Assembly (NCBI GenBank): GCA_041737755.1
Contig: JBGSRE010000491.1
Span: 1 to 58,667 of the forward strand
Direction: 5' to 3'
From: Oligoflexus sp.
Lineage (GTDB): Bacteria > Bdellovibrionota_B > Oligoflexia > Oligoflexales > Oligoflexaceae
Length of the DNA stretch: 58,667 nucleotides
The notes under the pieces were generated by a model that did no database searches, was not told where the DNA came from, and saw only the letters and a list, made by a program, of their open reading frames with translations. Within the stretch, counting starts at the first letter, position 1. Every line of letters starts with the position of its first letter. The position numbers were made by a program, and so were the translations under genes. Positions 56,075 through 58,667 of this stretch are shown in pieces.

Positions 56075-56310
56075 TATTTGTATCCCTTAATGTGGGATAC
56101 TTGGGCAAAAGCGTAATCTTTGACGATTTTAAATTTTACTTTCTGCTTATCTTCAAGCGTCTTCCACGACGACTGCGATTCTATGGCTGAATAGTGTACG
56201 AAATAATTTTTGCCATCAGAGTCCTTGACGATTCCTTCTCCAGAAAGTTCATCAAACCAGTGAACAATGCCGGACATCCAGTCAGTTGAATTATTGTTTT
56301 GCTTTTGCAT
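56074..56310 (-). CDS. Cold-shock-domain protein
   Basis: 'GIVHWFDELSGEGIV...YFVHYSAI...KTLEDKQKVKF'; its stop codon overlaps the R-M start codon. Confidence 0.88.
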   Translation of the reverse strand: MQKQNNNSTDWMSGIVHWFDELSGEGIVKDSDGKNYFVHYSAIESQSSWKTLEDKQKVKFKIVKDYAFAQVSHIKGYK

Positions 56311-56551
56311 ATCGTTCCTCTAGCAAAAGATTGTGGCACCAAGTTGTTAAGTGTCACTTTACTCGGTCAAAAATGTAGAATTATAAATGGGAGAAAGTTG
56401 CCTAGATCCCGAAATCTACTGACTTCAGGAAGGCTGGTAGCGTGGGAATAGTTTACCTACCGGTTAAGAGGTTTTCTTCGCTCTAAGTTAGAAAGGATTT
56501 ATAGTTATATGAAAGCTGGAGAGATCATCAATTTCAAGGTCATTAATTGTC

Positions 56552-58534
56552 TCATTTCCAAGGCTTCCCAACGGTCGACCCGGTCCAATCACAAGCCTTC
56601 CTTAGCAGCTGTGACTGAATGTATTTATAGACCTCAAGCCGAATTGCTGCGTCACAGCTCTCATATTTTTTCACGGTCACCGGTCCAGTCGAGATCGTGA
56701 GCCGCGTGCTCGGGCTGCTGCATTGAACCTTTTCCCAGACCGTATAGATCCGTCGATCCCCGGGCAGAGCATTGGATCCCCCCATCTCCCCTTTTCGTGC
56801 CCGGAGTACTTCAGCAGTCACCCAAGGGGCCGCAGCCGCAGCGATGCCCACAGCCGCTTCACCATCAGGCGCCCCCCCAGAATTTTTATATTGCCGGACG
56901 GCTGCCTCACGAGCGGCAATGCTCGCTACTCCAAGGCCGGCGATATATCCAAACTCTGCCGTTCGATTCGCCGCCACATCACGCCAATAGCGGCTGGTGT
57001 AGGACATATCAACAAGAAGCGGATCTCCTGGGCGCAACAGTGCCTCAGATCGTGATTTGGCCTGCGATGGGGTATAAGGTATCCCCCATCCCTTTAGAGC
57101 ATCTGATATTTGGTTTTTGAAAGCCGCAAAGCCCTCTCCCCTTCCGGCCGCATCTGCTGTTGACCCTGGACCTTCCCATGGATATGCCAGCGACCACCGT
57201 TCAGCATCACCACGAGGTACCCCGAATAGTTCATGGGCCATTGTTTTGAATTTAATGCCAGCATTTGCGTAAGCATAATCAGATCCATAAATTCCACTGC
57301 TCATTCTAGGCGCTAAAGACCCCCACAGAGTGCAGTACGGGCCTTGCCACTTGGCGCTATCCATCGCACTAATCGCTTTTTTTGCCAGGGCCTCCGCAGA
57401 ACCAAGTATAGGCAATGAACAACCAACAAGAGCTTGCCGCCAGTCCTGGGACATGCCGCCGGTCGCATTGCTGGCTGGACCCTGATCACCAATTTTATCC
57501 CGAGATGCCCCACCCATGCCGCCTAAAGCATCCATGGCAGCCGCCCCTCCACAGCTTATTGGGTTTGATGCCGCAGCCATCTGGGTAACGGCCTGAGGAT
57601 CAAGGTAGTCAAGCATTCCCGTATCCCAGAAGGGAGCTGCATCACGACTCATTGCCACTGGGCAGGTCATTGGAACCCCTTTATAGGGCCATGAGTAACC
57701 ACCAGGACTTTTGCCCTGCTCCTTGAGCAACGGTCCACATACCGAAAAATGCTCGGCCAAAGTTTCTGATACGGCAACAGGCCAGATATTAACCTCAAAA
57801 GTCGTCATCGTCTTGTGACGACTGCCACGAACCCTTAGGTCTTCAAATGGGGTCAAGGCCGATGTTTGCATCAGCTCGCCGGTATTGACAGACCCGACTT
57901 CCATACCGAGAGCACCTAAAGCATGCTTTCCGCCAAGAACGAGAGCTGTGATTTTCAGAGCTCCATTCTTATCCATGGCGCCAGATATACTCTTCGCGAC
58001 GCCGCGTGATGCAGTATAAAGTCCATTTCGAGCTGCAAATTTAGGGTGAGAATCGTTACCCTTCTCGTTCACCTCAATGAAATACTTTGGCCAGTAATAT
58101 TGGGGATGAGGATGCTCGACTTTGATATTTTGTTTGACCAAACAACCGCCGAAGCCGTCTTCCGAAAGACAGCGTAAATGATGGGATGAATCCACCCCCT
58201 CGGTATAGGCAGCAAGCTGCGCCTTTGTCAGAACATGGCAAGCGGTTGGATAATCATGCTTGGTGGCAAGTTGAAGCCCTGATTCGGTCATGACCCGACC
58301 AAGACCTCTCAAAGCCTTTTGTAACTCACGCAGAAAGAGTTTGATGTTGGCATAATCAGCACAGTTGAGCCCAAGATTGCTCACGACCTCCTGAGCCTTT
58401 TTGGTGGTTTCTGCACTCTCCATCACGGCACGAACAAAGTCTTCAGGATTTTGGCTTCTTGCTTTTATTGGGAATATTGTAAATGCGCTTATGGTTCCTA
58501 AAACTATCATAGTATTGCTGAATTCTAATTTCAC
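56552..58534 (-). CDS. traU: TraU-like conjugation protein
   Basis: Signal peptide; Cys-rich; 'YYWPKYFIEV', 'WGSLAPR', 'YTVW'; GTG after AGGAGG. Confidence 0.6.
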   Translation of the reverse strand: MKLEFSNTMIVLGTISAFTIFPIKARSQNPEDFVRAVMESAETTKKAQEVVSNLGLNCADYANIKLFLRELQKALRGLGRVMTESGLQLATKHDYPTACHVLTKAQLAAYTEGVDSSHHLRCLSEDGFGGCLVKQNIKVEHPHPQYYWPKYFIEVNEKGNDSHPKFAARNGLYTASRGVAKSISGAMDKNGALKITALVLGGKHALGALGMEVGSVNTGELMQTSALTPFEDLRVRGSRHKTMTTFEVNIWPVAVSETLAEHFSVCGPLLKEQGKSPGGYSWPYKGVPMTCPVAMSRDAAPFWDTGMLDYLDPQAVTQMAAASNPISCGGAAAMDALGGMGGASRDKIGDQGPASNATGGMSQDWRQALVGCSLPILGSAEALAKKAISAMDSAKWQGPYCTLWGSLAPRMSSGIYGSDYAYANAGIKFKTMAHELFGVPRGDAERWSLAYPWEGPGSTADAAGRGEGFAAFKNQISDALKGWGIPYTPSQAKSRSEALLRPGDPLLVDMSYTSRYWRDVAANRTAEFGYIAGLGVASIAAREAAVRQYKNSGGAPDGEAAVGIAAAAAPWVTAEVLRARKGEMGGSNALPGDRRIYTVWEKVQCSSPSTRLTISTGPVTVKKYESCDAAIRLEVYKYIQSQLLRKACDWTGSTVGKPWK

Positions 58535-58667
58535 GTTTTAACCCTCCTAATTTCACTCAACCCTATGTTTTTTCAGTCTGTTGGCTACGCCCAGGATTGG
58601 GCGTGATTGGTTTGGAATGAGATGTTGTTTGAGCCCCCTGAGACCAACCAGTAGCTTTCTGATCATC

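Noticed and set aside
58560-58667. Direct end-to-end circularisation of the window
   Set aside because: Joining base 1 to 58667 puts a stop in the traG frame almost at once, and I saw no terminal overlap, so sequence is missing.

Overview
The window looks like nearly all of a ~59-60 kb conjugative plasmid, broken inside traG (the minus-strand tra operon leaves at position 1 and appears to resume at the far end with traU). The backbone has a divergent F-type T4SS operon with two pilin-like genes, a GspE/PilB-type ATPase, parAB with palindromic parS-like sites, a DnaC/IstB-ATPase::TrfA-like initiator fusion beside an iteron origin, a MOB_F oriT, and a RHH/T4CP/relaxase operon. The accessory half holds a ChbG deacetylase + sensor kinase + sigma-54 activator module, a complete Tn3-family transposon, and a dense defence region (nuclease-STAND protein, AbiE, DUF2779 nuclease, orphan Z1 helicase, ASCH + radical SAM pair, type IIG R-M coupled to a cold-shock protein). 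The strongest unexplained pattern is that the tra and mob operons each have a sigma-54-type -24/-12 promoter and two copies of one shared 18-bp upstream motif, suggesting conjugation is switched on through sigma-54, possibly by the plasmid's own two-component system. Other leads are an ART-like gene pair in the leading region and the ASCH/radical SAM pair with a structured repeat region behind it. All family assignments come from motif reading by eye; no searches were run.
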